A stretch of 62,979 bases of DNA, the filler included, from Acetivibrio sp. (GTDB lineage Bacteria > Bacillota > Clostridia > Acetivibrionales > Acetivibrionaceae), in assembly GCF_035371925.1 (NCBI RefSeq). It is 3 parts of 3 records of this genome, joined end to end, with 100 filler letters (N's around TTAATTAATTAA, not from the genome) between each part and the next. Parts side by side here need not be neighbours in the genome. Positions count along the whole stretch, not along the records: positions 1 to 21,602 come from NZ_DAORXT010000051.1; positions 21,703 to 42,704 come from NZ_DAORXT010000052.1; 1 more part is not named here. The stretch is one strand, 5' to 3'. How positions within the stretch are numbered: position 1 is the stretch's first letter; each line of letters starts with the position of its first letter. Shown in pieces: positions 11,401 through 22,745 of this stretch. A program made the translations under genes and the position numbers. The notes beneath the pieces are model-generated. The model saw nothing but the letters and a program-made list of their open reading frames with translations. It was not told the DNA's origin and searched no databases.

Positions 11401-13296
11401 TTTTGTAACCACAAAATTCTTTGGAAGAGGAACGTCCATTTCTTGCGCTGCACGGGTTGTAAAGCTTACTATTACAGATTTGTCGGACATTTCTTCAATA
11501 TTGGTGGTGTTTCTGTTGGCTGCGCTTGTTGTATACATCTGCATATAATATACTTTGTTGGGCAGCAGGAAGTCAGGATAACCTTCGGTATTATCGATAC
11601 TCTCTTCTACGATTACAGGATTGCCGCCAGCATCATATCCTGTAAAATACTCACCTTTAAAGAGCTCAAATCCTTTTATTGTATACTCCAGGCGGTTTCC
11701 CACCTCTTTTACAGCTTTTGAAGAGAAATATATCACCCTTCTGTATTTTAGTGGGAAATACCCATAGGAAGTATCGTCATCCCTTAGTTCCGGATACGGT
11801 TCGGTGGTTATTTCCTTCTGACTGGTATTTAACAGTACATGGAAAACCATATCCTTGTCAGTATCGGTATTTGTTTTGATTTCATTCCAGTTGGCCGGTT
11901 TTTCCCAGGAAATCGTAATGTTGCTGGACTTCTGGAGCACCTCTTTACCGTTGGCATCTATAACTTTTCTGGTCACCAGCTCTCTGTCAACTATTGTTAT
12001 ACCGCTGGGTACAGACCACTTGCTTGAGTCCTCCCCAAGAGCATAGGGCAATTTTCCGGACTCAATTCTGTCAATGGATGTCTCCGTTTTTACCACTATT
12101 CTATAATAAATTGTATTGTTTTGGCCGGTACCCGATATGACAGTCAGAGCACTGTCGGACCCTTGCACAAAAAAGCTGTCGTCCAATGTCTTCCTGACAG
12201 TCCAGTCCCCCGGTATCGTTGGGTCATCACTGGACTGTATTTCATAGAACATCCTTGGCATATTAAGGCTTCCCTGATTTACCTTGTATACCTTTACATA
12301 AATGTTGTTTGAGGAATCGCGAGACAGCTGAAATCTTATTGGAGTATAGGTATAAGGAAAGCTTCCCGAAAGAATACTTCCGTTCATGTCCGAAGGTTTA
12401 CCCACAGTAACGGCGTATTTTGTCTCTTTGGCATCATTATAAAAGGCAGGTTTAATATTCATATAATAAACCGTACCGGGGAGAATATCCCCGTCCGGAA
12501 GACCGTTTGTCTCCAAAGGAGGAATTTCGGCATTTGCGTCTTTTCTTCCAATAAGGTCAACACTCATATAACCGTTTGAATCGGGTCCCAAAACAGAGGC
12601 TTTTACGCTATCATTACCCGAAACATGGGCAGTATAGCCGGAAGCCGAATACTCAATTATTATCGCAGACTGGGAAGATCCGCTGTTTAGATTGCCTGCG
12701 TTGGTGGAAATGTTTATCCTAAAGTTCAGGCTTGTAATGTCCAATCCATTGCCGTACACACTATTTAAGCTATTCTTTATGTAAGTTACCGCACCGGGTT
12801 GGCCGGCATTAACAACACCGCCGCCATTCCAGACCTTCGGCATCATCCACTTAAGGTTCAGTCTCGGCTTGTCGCCAATCTCAAAACCTCCGCCCGGAAG
12901 GGCTGTCCTCGTCTGCTCAACCCTCGATGCCATAAATGTAATGCCCGGAAGGAAAAACAAAAGACCTTCGGCTATTACACTTGCAGAATTATTTAATAAT
13001 TCCACACGAATATCATATATAAAGTCGCTGTCCAAACCGGTTATTGTATATTTATTTACGCTGTCATTGATTTCGATGGTCTGAGATCCCCCATCGGGCA
13101 TGTGATAGCTTATGCGAAATGACTTTGTGCCCGCCACATTATCCCAGCGTATATTTAAATCTCCATTTGAAAAATCATCAACATAGATATTTATCGGAAT
13201 CGGGGCAGCAAAAACATTCAATTGTGAAAAGGGTAGAAAAATATTAAGCAAGCATACTGTAATTGCCATGGCAAGAATTTTTTCAAATCGCTTCAT
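8416..13296 (-). CDS. Very large secreted Fn3-repeat surface protein with C-terminal SLH
   Basis: Signal peptide; GLDSDFIYDI, LRPNTTYYF, LFPNRLYYF, LKSNTKYYIK Fn3 signatures; C-terminal FGPKKPVTRAE. Confidence 0.8.
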   Translation of the reverse strand: MKRFEKILAMAITVCLLNIFLPFSQLNVFAAPIPINIYVDDFSNGDLNIRWDNVAGTKSFRISYHMPDGGSQTIEINDSVNKYTITGLDSDFIYDIRVELLNNSASVIAEGLLFFLPGITFMASRVEQTRTALPGGGFEIGDKPRLNLKWMMPKVWNGGGVVNAGQPGAVTYIKNSLNSVYGNGLDITSLNFRINISTNAGNLNSGSSQSAIIIEYSASGYTAHVSGNDSVKASVLGPDSNGYMSVDLIGRKDANAEIPPLETNGLPDGDILPGTVYYMNIKPAFYNDAKETKYAVTVGKPSDMNGSILSGSFPYTYTPIRFQLSRDSSNNIYVKVYKVNQGSLNMPRMFYEIQSSDDPTIPGDWTVRKTLDDSFFVQGSDSALTVISGTGQNNTIYYRIVVKTETSIDRIESGKLPYALGEDSSKWSVPSGITIVDRELVTRKVIDANGKEVLQKSSNITISWEKPANWNEIKTNTDTDKDMVFHVLLNTSQKEITTEPYPELRDDDTSYGYFPLKYRRVIYFSSKAVKEVGNRLEYTIKGFELFKGEYFTGYDAGGNPVIVEESIDNTEGYPDFLLPNKVYYMQMYTTSAANRNTTNIEEMSDKSVIVSFTTRAAQEMDVPLPKNFVVTKNDANVTIDQDTQQVIVSNYIELQFDKLNINWKNYVADTSVSKAVYYDLYMSTRTDITSFKFVGSTENPKGDVLFVGTNDDSSSIRATISNFSPGTDGYTLFGEKLRPNTTYYFVIKTRLSISTLSEDKISKPSAILAVTTVRGVMGEPDESAKRPLTPTDFNIAKDQKGNPLVDSLSVVFSWNWAENDVYYEIICTSRRVEPNEGDYDGSEDAIYQSFNAEFGNVILDPSLPVLAKNFELDPLTKQLRYTVDSWLFPNRLYYFSIRAVKSSDPTNYSLWVSIPVTTILIEQPSMLEAVKDAQLGFYFNDSDINARTEDYSIYIKPEDDLKFGQVARNRYTIVRLGAINYVRLSNLEFDTAYDINVYKKNKSEPVFTAQSLKTRDGGHELEAKWRGLPGYKYELAIKTLADDDYIELSDEDLEEYINYDGKILPYYKEKDPKANTMNYEYFYARIKTYPVKMQDGSIKHEELKSNTKYYIKVRAVRIDPVDSTIVSYSKYIGPVEVRTEFNQDDYDEEDNNNKKEAKFLDKIREFEEALYWRIDIRNGNYNKLLLKEDRMVNAIQNNGPYPFTLDISNINEGAGTDVVYVPGSVIEVLETDNTSLVIKTIGAEYTLRPGTIDTESKEVVALHDNSNVKGIYYKFTIKRLQKSAKSLPEGAEAASQINSVSLEAVGTSFTYSQIRDEIHNKLYNKESGLVQEKLNKLLSRDNKKSKYTNIDEEILELIGEIEEDLSVFIKNRIDTTSGSYSIVVGTKVIKDFDKPMMTKLTFTDKPGLKTPGVWYEGEGKWKKLSSNTVYIGNSALFNTIKTGEYAVLVFAAAPSDVPDGYSYSGDIKILMSKYDLRDVFGNLDSFYPEDNVKVKEAILLYEKVTNKEGTSHGLTISQKAEKYGLKSLVGVGGVTRDITRQEIALIIMKVYCEKTGVNIQSLIPKRYVYISDERDVDSSLLKPVLLVLDLEVMTVGENGAFGPKKPVTRAELVESFVKILEITKEI

Positions 13297-13459
13297 AGGA
13301 ACCCCCCGCCTTGCGGCCTGTAATAATTTTACACAAGCTATTTATATTGTAAGTAAAAATTACTGTTATTTCCTGCGAAATTATGCCTATAATAGCTTTA
13401 TGTCATATTATTTATCGGCTAATTACAGTATACATTTAATATTGATTGAAAGCCTGTTC

Positions 13460-15211
13460 CTATCTTGCCGTACGAATTTCTTTCCAGCTGTTCTCCGCCG
13501 CAATAACCTGCTCTAATATTCTGTTGGCCCCGTCAAATTCCGAATAGACAACAGGAATATCAGTTATCTCTTTCTTTACTCTCCACATATTGTCATGAGA
13601 TATATGGGAGGTGACCACCACTACCACATCGGTATCCCTAAGCTCATTGCTGATTTTTGCCCACGGTTCAAACCCCTCCAGTACCTCTGCCTTGTATCCG
13701 AATTTTAAAAGGCATAATTTATATGAATTCTCGTAGGCTTTATTTCCCAATATCAAAACCTGCTTTGTTACCTCAATCCTTTCCTTTTTGCTTACCCTCT
13801 TAAAGGTACTGATATTGGAAACATTTCTCTTTACAGTGTCGGCCTCCTGGCCTTCTCCGTCATCTTCTATACCGCAGAAATTGTTATTTTCGTCCACATA
13901 GGCCACCTGGCCCGGCCTTAAATAATCCGGCGCATCATTTATTATCACAATCTCGCCGGACAGTTTTTTAAGAAAGGTCAGTCCATCTTTTATTTCCACA
14001 GTACCATATTCAAACTTGTCGTAAAACGAAGATAGAGTATAGAATTTGCACGAAGTCAAGGTATGTACTATACTTCCCTCTTGAAGGCATAAAATCTGCT
14101 GCTCTTTAAAGGTGACTCCTTCAGTATCCATATCCTTGAAAAATTCCTTCCCGGTTTCAATATCCCGAAGCAAAACTCCATTATCCAGAATTTTAAGTAC
14201 AAAGGCCAGTGTGTGTCCTTTGGCTTTTGCCGACATCATAAAGCTGTCGGCATTGTGCTTTACCTGTTTGTAGAACCTCAAAAAGTTGTTTTGACTGTCG
14301 ACAGATACAATGTTTTTATCCCTAAGCTGCACATTGGAAGGAATATTATTAAGCTTTACCAATACGTTATCGCCCTTGTCGATAAAGACCTCCGAATCTT
14401 TCAGCATAACCACGGCAAAGCTTGCAGCATTTGAACTTGCTGTCTCATTGTCATTTAACCAATAGGGAAAAGCATACTGAAACCGGTTGTATTCGTCAAC
14501 CAGCACAAACTGATTTTGAGCCAGATATATGGAAACGGGTATGTCAAGTATCTCTCCTTTTTCCTTGCCGGGGAACACCACATAATGCTTGCCGTCCTCT
14601 ATCTGACAATAACCGATTCTTGGAGTCTGACTTACTTTTATATATTTTTTTGCTTTGGTCTGTTCAACATTTGAAGGTGCTGCCAAAGGCAAAGCCGCAG
14701 GCCTTGGGAACTTCACAACTGTCGGTTTGTAAACTGTCTCTATGACCAGAAGGTCCCTGTCATATTTTTTACATTGAATCAATTCAATGGGTCTCTCTAT
14801 TTTGAGCACCATGTACCGGTCATACCTTGAAAAATCCCAGCCGATACAAAAAACACCAGCCTTTTCCCAATCAATGCTGTCAATAACCATATTGGGAATG
14901 GCTTTTGACACCAGTTTGATAATCAAGTTCTTGTTGTTTGTTATCCAATCAAGATAAAATACGGCTTTTGCTACCATACTTTCTCTTGGCACTGACTGAA
15001 AAAGGACAATCAAAGGGTTGTTTTCACTACCTAAGGCAATAATATCCACCCGCTCATTTTCTCCGGTATGGAAGTCCGACTCTATAATCCGTATATTAAG
15101 CAACGACTCCAAATTGTCTTTTATCTTGTCTCTAATCGAACTGTCTATATGCATATTATGCTCCGTTATCTCTTTAAAAGTTTTAATGTCAAAAAGTCTT
15201 GCTCCATCCAT
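13460..15211 (-). CDS. Hypothetical protein: NucS-like N-domain, four beta-rich repeats, DUF2325-like C-domain
   Basis: 583-aa ORF with GAAAGGTGG RBS; domains recognised by motif (see findings). Confidence 0.65.
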   Translation of the reverse strand: MDGARLFDIKTFKEITEHNMHIDSSIRDKIKDNLESLLNIRIIESDFHTGENERVDIIALGSENNPLIVLFQSVPRESMVAKAVFYLDWITNNKNLIIKLVSKAIPNMVIDSIDWEKAGVFCIGWDFSRYDRYMVLKIERPIELIQCKKYDRDLLVIETVYKPTVVKFPRPAALPLAAPSNVEQTKAKKYIKVSQTPRIGYCQIEDGKHYVVFPGKEKGEILDIPVSIYLAQNQFVLVDEYNRFQYAFPYWLNDNETASSNAASFAVVMLKDSEVFIDKGDNVLVKLNNIPSNVQLRDKNIVSVDSQNNFLRFYKQVKHNADSFMMSAKAKGHTLAFVLKILDNGVLLRDIETGKEFFKDMDTEGVTFKEQQILCLQEGSIVHTLTSCKFYTLSSFYDKFEYGTVEIKDGLTFLKKLSGEIVIINDAPDYLRPGQVAYVDENNNFCGIEDDGEGQEADTVKRNVSNISTFKRVSKKERIEVTKQVLILGNKAYENSYKLCLLKFGYKAEVLEGFEPWAKISNELRDTDVVVVVTSHISHDNMWRVKKEITDIPVVYSEFDGANRILEQVIAAENSWKEIRTAR

Positions 15212-15760
15212 ATATATCCACCTTTCACATCTATTAACCGCTTCTGTAAACCGTAGGCCGATACACTACGGCCAAATTTCATATATTATCTCGATTACTT
15301 TATAAACCTTGCACTGTTTTGAGTTTAATTCCAAGTTAAATTTCTTTCTTACTACTAATATGCTATTTACCGGCCGAGTCTTTCATTCTATAAAGTATGT
15401 AGCACATTTGATATAAGTTGCATTATTATCCCATAATATTTATTTTTATTATCAAAATGTAAAAATTGTAAGTGAGACTTAAATATATAAGCACAAACAC
15501 ATCAAGAGACTTTTCAAATTGCATCAGTTGTCCCTTCCCAATGCTGCTTGTGCAATATGACGCCAGCCGTTTCAAAGGAGAAATTTTGTTTTTAATCCCA
15601 CTTGGTGAAAACTTCGAATCGGTACAAAGATATTATTCCCTGAAATGTGAATAGTTAATCCAAGCAAGGTAAAAAAACCTTGCTTTCTATAGAAAATTTA
15701 CAAAAAGACAAAAAAGAAGGGCATTATAAAATATTGCTTTCGATAAGTCATTGTTTTAAA

Positions 15761-16165
15761 TTATAATTTTCCTTTTACCTTAAGCCTTGCCATTGCTCTT
15801 GCCAAAGCAGCTTTAGACTGAATATACTCAGCCTCACTCCGCCGTCTTTGGAGTCTTTCTTCAGCCCGCGCTTTCGCAGCCCTGGCCCTGTTTACATCTA
15901 TTTCATCAGGCCATTCTGCCGTATCCACAATAATAATTGCCTGGTCCTGCTTTACTTCCATAAATCCTTCACTTAGGACAGCTTCAAACCATTTGCCGTC
16001 CTTCTTGATTTTTATTGAGCCAATATCAATAACTACAACAGTAGGAATATGTCCTTTCAATATTCCCATTTCTCCGGTAGGGGTTTTTACAATAACGCTC
16101 TCCACATCACCCCAAAAAAACTTTCTTTCGGGTGTCAGGATTTCCAAATAAAATGTTGATGACAA
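15761..16165 (-). CDS. atpC: ATP synthase F1 epsilon subunit
   Basis: [23 protein letters not shown]; last gene of the atp operon. Confidence 0.97.
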   Translation of the reverse strand: MSSTFYLEILTPERKFFWGDVESVIVKTPTGEMGILKGHIPTVVVIDIGSIKIKKDGKWFEAVLSEGFMEVKQDQAIIIVDTAEWPDEIDVNRARAAKARAEERLQRRRSEAEYIQSKAALARAMARLKVKGKL

Positions 16166-16176
16166 AATAACACCCC

Positions 16177-17577
<1,401 letters not shown>

Positions 17578-17652
17578 TCACTCCATTCGTTCCTCTTCTA
17601 GTATGAATTCGATTATATAAAATTTAACCGTTATAAAGTTTAATCGTTCTTT

Positions 17653-18540
17653 CTATTTCAAGGCTTCCGCCCCACCGACTATTTCGGTAATATCCTGCGT
17701 TATTTTTGACTGCCTTGCCCTGTTGTATAAAAGATCCAGCTTCCTTAGCATATCGTTTGCATTGGAAGTGGCATTATCCATTGCGCTCATTCTGGAATTC
17801 TGCTCGCTTGTAAAGGATTCCACAAAGGTTCCGTATACCACTCCTTTAACATATTTTTGAACCAATATGTTAAATACAAATTCAGGGTCCGGTTCATACT
17901 CCATGCAATCGTCCAGTATCCTGCCGCTATTTTCACCGATTTGAAGCTGTTCCTTCAAAGTATCCAGCTCCAAAGGCAAAAGCTTTATGATTTTCGGTTC
18001 CATTCTCACACTGGAAAACATATGAGTATAAATTATATATATTTCATCGAAAACCCCTTTGTCAAAAAGGTCCAGAATGATTTCCGTTATTTCTCTTGCC
18101 GTATATATACTGGGATTTTGAACCGGATAGTCAAATTCCATATATACGTTGTACTTATTTTTTACGAAATGGTTTCTACCCACATTTCCGGCAATGAACA
18201 GCAAAGCTTCTTTGTCTTGTTTAAGATGCTCTTCCGTAAACTTAATTATGTTGTGGTTGTAACCTCCGGCAAAGCCCTTGTCTCCCGTAATAACGATATA
18301 GGCCTTTTTTATGTCTTCTGCGCCTTCCCTTTCATGAAAGTACTTGTTTCCTATTTTCCCGCTTCTTAAAAGAATATCCGCCATAGTGGACCTGACCTTT
18401 TCAAAGTAGGGGCTTGCCTGTTCTAACTGCTTCTTGGCCTTTTTCAGTTTTGCCGCCGATATGAGCTTCATTGCGTTTGTAATCTGTTTGGTCTCCTTAA
18501 TGCTCTTCATCCTGAGCTTTATTTCGTTTATATGAGCCAT
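17653..18540 (-). CDS. atpG: ATP synthase F1 gamma subunit
   Basis: KQITNAMKLISAAK, SEQNSRMSAMDNATSNA, RQSKITQDITEIVGGAEA. Confidence 0.98.
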   Translation of the reverse strand: MAHINEIKLRMKSIKETKQITNAMKLISAAKLKKAKKQLEQASPYFEKVRSTMADILLRSGKIGNKYFHEREGAEDIKKAYIVITGDKGFAGGYNHNIIKFTEEHLKQDKEALLFIAGNVGRNHFVKNKYNVYMEFDYPVQNPSIYTAREITEIILDLFDKGVFDEIYIIYTHMFSSVRMEPKIIKLLPLELDTLKEQLQIGENSGRILDDCMEYEPDPEFVFNILVQKYVKGVVYGTFVESFTSEQNSRMSAMDNATSNANDMLRKLDLLYNRARQSKITQDITEIVGGAEALK

Positions 18541-18574
18541 CTTAAATCACCGTCTCTATATTTTTGAAATCCAG

Positions 18575-20101
<1,527 letters not shown>

Positions 20102-20155
20102 TCACCCCAAGCCAAAAAGCCTTTCATTAATAATTAAACGCTTTTTATATAAAAT

Positions 20156-20689
20156 TTATTTTAGCATCATTTCTTTCAAACTCGTAAGTCTTGCCTTAAT
20201 TGAATCATCAATAACCTTGTCGCCTATCTGTATTTTGATTCCGCCAATCAAGGATTTGTCAATTACCACTTTGGCTTTTGCACTAGCCTTGTTGTAAAGT
20301 TTTTTATACTTTTCTTTTATTTTATCAATCTGCACATCCTCCAGCGGAAATGCAGAAATTATTGTCATAATCAGTATATTTTTCCTTTCATCTGCAAATC
20401 TAATATACTCATCCGTTATTCCCTTGATATTCTTAAGTCTTTCTTTATCCATAAGAAGCATTAAAAAATTTACAACCTCTTGTTCAACCCTACCTTTAAG
20501 CACATTAGTTAAGGCCTTTTTTTTACTTTCCATCTTTACCTTAGGGTCAAGTAAAAAGGTATAAAATTCCGGGTTTTGTTCAAACAATTTTAAAATTGCG
20601 TTAAGACTATTCAAAACCTTGTCTGTTGAACTCTTTTCTTCGGTTACATCTATTAATGCCTCTGCATACCTGGTATTGACCAGCTGCAT
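20156..20689 (-). CDS. atpH: ATP synthase F1 delta subunit
   Basis: RYAEAL, LIGGIKIQIGDKVIDDS; start MQLVN after GGAAGGTG RBS. Confidence 0.95.
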   Translation of the reverse strand: MQLVNTRYAEALIDVTEEKSSTDKVLNSLNAILKLFEQNPEFYTFLLDPKVKMESKKKALTNVLKGRVEQEVVNFLMLLMDKERLKNIKGITDEYIRFADERKNILIMTIISAFPLEDVQIDKIKEKYKKLYNKASAKAKVVIDKSLIGGIKIQIGDKVIDDSIKARLTSLKEMMLK

Positions 20690-20746
20690 TGTCTTCACCT
20701 TCCTAGCAATACACAACATTAATCCCGGCAAAAATTTTTATATAGC

Positions 20747-21238
20747 TTATGCCACACCCTGTTCATCAATAAATTTGTTTACCAGCTTCCTGTTTTCTTC
20801 AGTGTCCATGTTTGCTTCCAAAACCTTTGATGCTGCCTCAAGTGCAAGGCTCACAACTTCATTTCTGATTTCCTTGAGAGCCTCATTCTTCTCCCTCTCA
20901 ATATCTTCCTTTGCCTTTATCTTTAGTGCCTCCGCCTCATCTTTGGCATCGCGGATTATTCTTTCATATTCCTGCCTTGCTCTTTCCTCTGCTTCTTTAA
21001 TTATCTTCTGTGCCTTTGCACATGCCTCATTAAGCTCGCTTTCATATTTGTTTTTGAGCTCCAAAGCATCGGATTTTTCCTTTTCTGCTTTTTCCATCGA
21101 TTCTTTTATGGCATTTTTTCTATTCTCCATAAACTCCCACATCGGCTTGAAAAGGAGCCTTTTTAATATCAAATAGAGTATCACAAGATTTAATGCTGTA
21201 TAAATAAATGTGGGAATGTGTATAAACTCCGATATCAC
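20747..21238 (-). CDS. atpF: ATP synthase Fo b subunit
   Basis: N-terminal TM then coiled coil. GTG start at 21238 chosen from the GAGGTG RBS; 21250 is the alternative. Confidence 0.93.
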   Translation of the reverse strand: MISEFIHIPTFIYTALNLVILYLILKRLLFKPMWEFMENRKNAIKESMEKAEKEKSDALELKNKYESELNEACAKAQKIIKEAEERARQEYERIIRDAKDEAEALKIKAKEDIEREKNEALKEIRNEVVSLALEAASKVLEANMDTEENRKLVNKFIDEQGVA

Positions 21239-21325
21239 AGGCAATAGCACCTCTCTTTCTTTGCTGCAAGAGACTGTTTCTCTCTTGCAGCATTGTATTT
21301 CCTACACATCTTTTAGCTCCCTTTC

Positions 21326-21547
21326 TTATTTCAACAAAACCATTAACAGCGCTATTACAAATCCGTATATTGCAGTTGCTTCTGCCAGCGCCGCACCCAA
21401 AACCACAATATTTCTTATCTTGTCTGCAGCCTCAGGCTGTCTTGCCACAGCATCCACTGCCTTGGATGTTGCCACGCTTATACCTATTCCCGCAGCCACT
21501 CCTGTGAGTACACATATACTCGCCGCAATTGCTACTATTCCTGCCAT
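21326..21547 (-). CDS. atpE: ATP synthase Fo c subunit
   Basis: ARQPEA loop, LAEATAIY with catalytic Glu; GGGAGGTG RBS. Confidence 0.97.
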   Translation of the reverse strand: MAGIVAIAASICVLTGVAAGIGISVATSKAVDAVARQPEAADKIRNIVVLGAALAEATAIYGFVIALLMVLLK

Positions 21548-21589
21548 ATAATCACCTCCCTAATATTTCTTCATTTTTCTCTCGTTTTC

Positions 21590-21602
21590 TCACTCAATCA
21601 TA
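21590..21602 (-). CDS. Probable last codons of ATP synthase a subunit, cut by contig end
   Basis: ATG ATT GAG TGA at the contig edge, where atpB normally lies upstream of atpE; too short to confirm. Confidence 0.35.
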
Positions 21603-21702
21603 NNNNNNNNNNNNNNNNNNNNNNNNNNNNNNNNNNNNNNNNNNNNTTAATTAATTAANNNNNNNNNNNNNNNNNNNNNNNNNNNNNNNNNNNNNNNNNN
21701 NN
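21603..21702. other. Artificial scaffold linker / assembly gap
   Basis: 44 N + TTAATTAATTAA (stops in all six frames) + 44 N. Confidence 0.99.
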
Positions 21703-21783
21703 ATATTAACATATGTATAAATTAAAATCAACCATCCAGATTGTACCATTTGCTGTTCCAATCCAAAAATTTTCAGTTGTGTC

Positions 21784-22662
21784 TTATAAGCTTTTTACAT
21801 ACTCAGCTATTCTCTTTCCGGCAAGCGCTCCCTGTCCCACAGCAGTTGCTATCTGTTTGAAACCTCCGGTACAGTCCCCTGCCGCAAACACCCCTTTAAG
21901 GTTTGTCTGCTGGTTTTTGTCAACCACAACCGCATTGCCTTCAACAATTATTCCAAGCTTTCTGGCAAAATCAACACTAGATGGGCTCTCGTACGCTATA
22001 AACAAACCGTCAATATCCTCACTGGTACCGTCCTTAAAGAAAATCTTCTGGAGAAATTCACTTCCGTCAATCTTGTATATGGCTTTTGTGTTAATCTTAA
22101 ATCTTTTTGCCGCCTCTTCAAATTTCTCCGATACTTGCAGTTCCTTTCCGTCGGTATATATTGTTATATCCTTTGTAAAAGAAAGAAGTTCCATGGCTTC
22201 ATGCACCACATAGTCTCCTGCACCCACAACTCCCACTTTGAGGTTGTTGTAGAAAAAGCCGTCGCAGGTAGTGCAATAGCTCACCCCTTTTCCTTCAAAG
22301 GCCTCCAGATTCTCTATTCTGAGCTTCTTTTGGGGTTGCCCGGTGGCTATAAGCACTGCCTTTGCCATATAACGATCGCTAGAGGTCAATACCTCGAAAA
22401 ACTCATTTTGCTCAATACTGATTACTTCACTTTCAACTATCTCAACCCCCAACCTCAACGCCTGTTTTTCGCCTTCACCCAGGAGCTGCCTTCCGCTTAT
22501 GACCTCTGAAAAACCATAGTAGTTCTCAATTTTCTCCGCTTTTGCAAGGGCACTGTCTCCTTTGCCAATAACCAAGGTTTTAAGATTTGCCCTTACCGTA
22601 TAAAGTGAAGCGGAAATTCCTGCCGGTCCCTTTCCTATTATTATCACGTCATACATAAGCAT
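21784..22662 (-). CDS. Thioredoxin reductase-like flavoprotein
   Basis: GKGPAG FAD motif, CTTC, GVFAAGD; NADPH-binding motifs degenerate. Confidence 0.88.
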   Translation of the reverse strand: MLMYDVIIIGKGPAGISASLYTVRANLKTLVIGKGDSALAKAEKIENYYGFSEVISGRQLLGEGEKQALRLGVEIVESEVISIEQNEFFEVLTSSDRYMAKAVLIATGQPQKKLRIENLEAFEGKGVSYCTTCDGFFYNNLKVGVVGAGDYVVHEAMELLSFTKDITIYTDGKELQVSEKFEEAAKRFKINTKAIYKIDGSEFLQKIFFKDGTSEDIDGLFIAYESPSSVDFARKLGIIVEGNAVVVDKNQQTNLKGVFAAGDCTGGFKQIATAVGQGALAGKRIAEYVKSL

Positions 22663-22745
22663 TTTTCCCCCATTTTTACTTAGCGTTATTGTACTTTTGT
22701 AACTTGTTGCCTTGTGTATTTTAACAAAAATTACTTTCTTTTGAC

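Noticed and set aside
15472..15654. 60-aa ORF between atpC and the 583-aa gene
   Set aside because: No RBS or recognisable motif; no convincing pseudogene in other frames.
21647..21658. TTAATTAATTAA palindrome (also 42749-42760)
   Set aside because: Synthetic all-frame stop linker between N runs.
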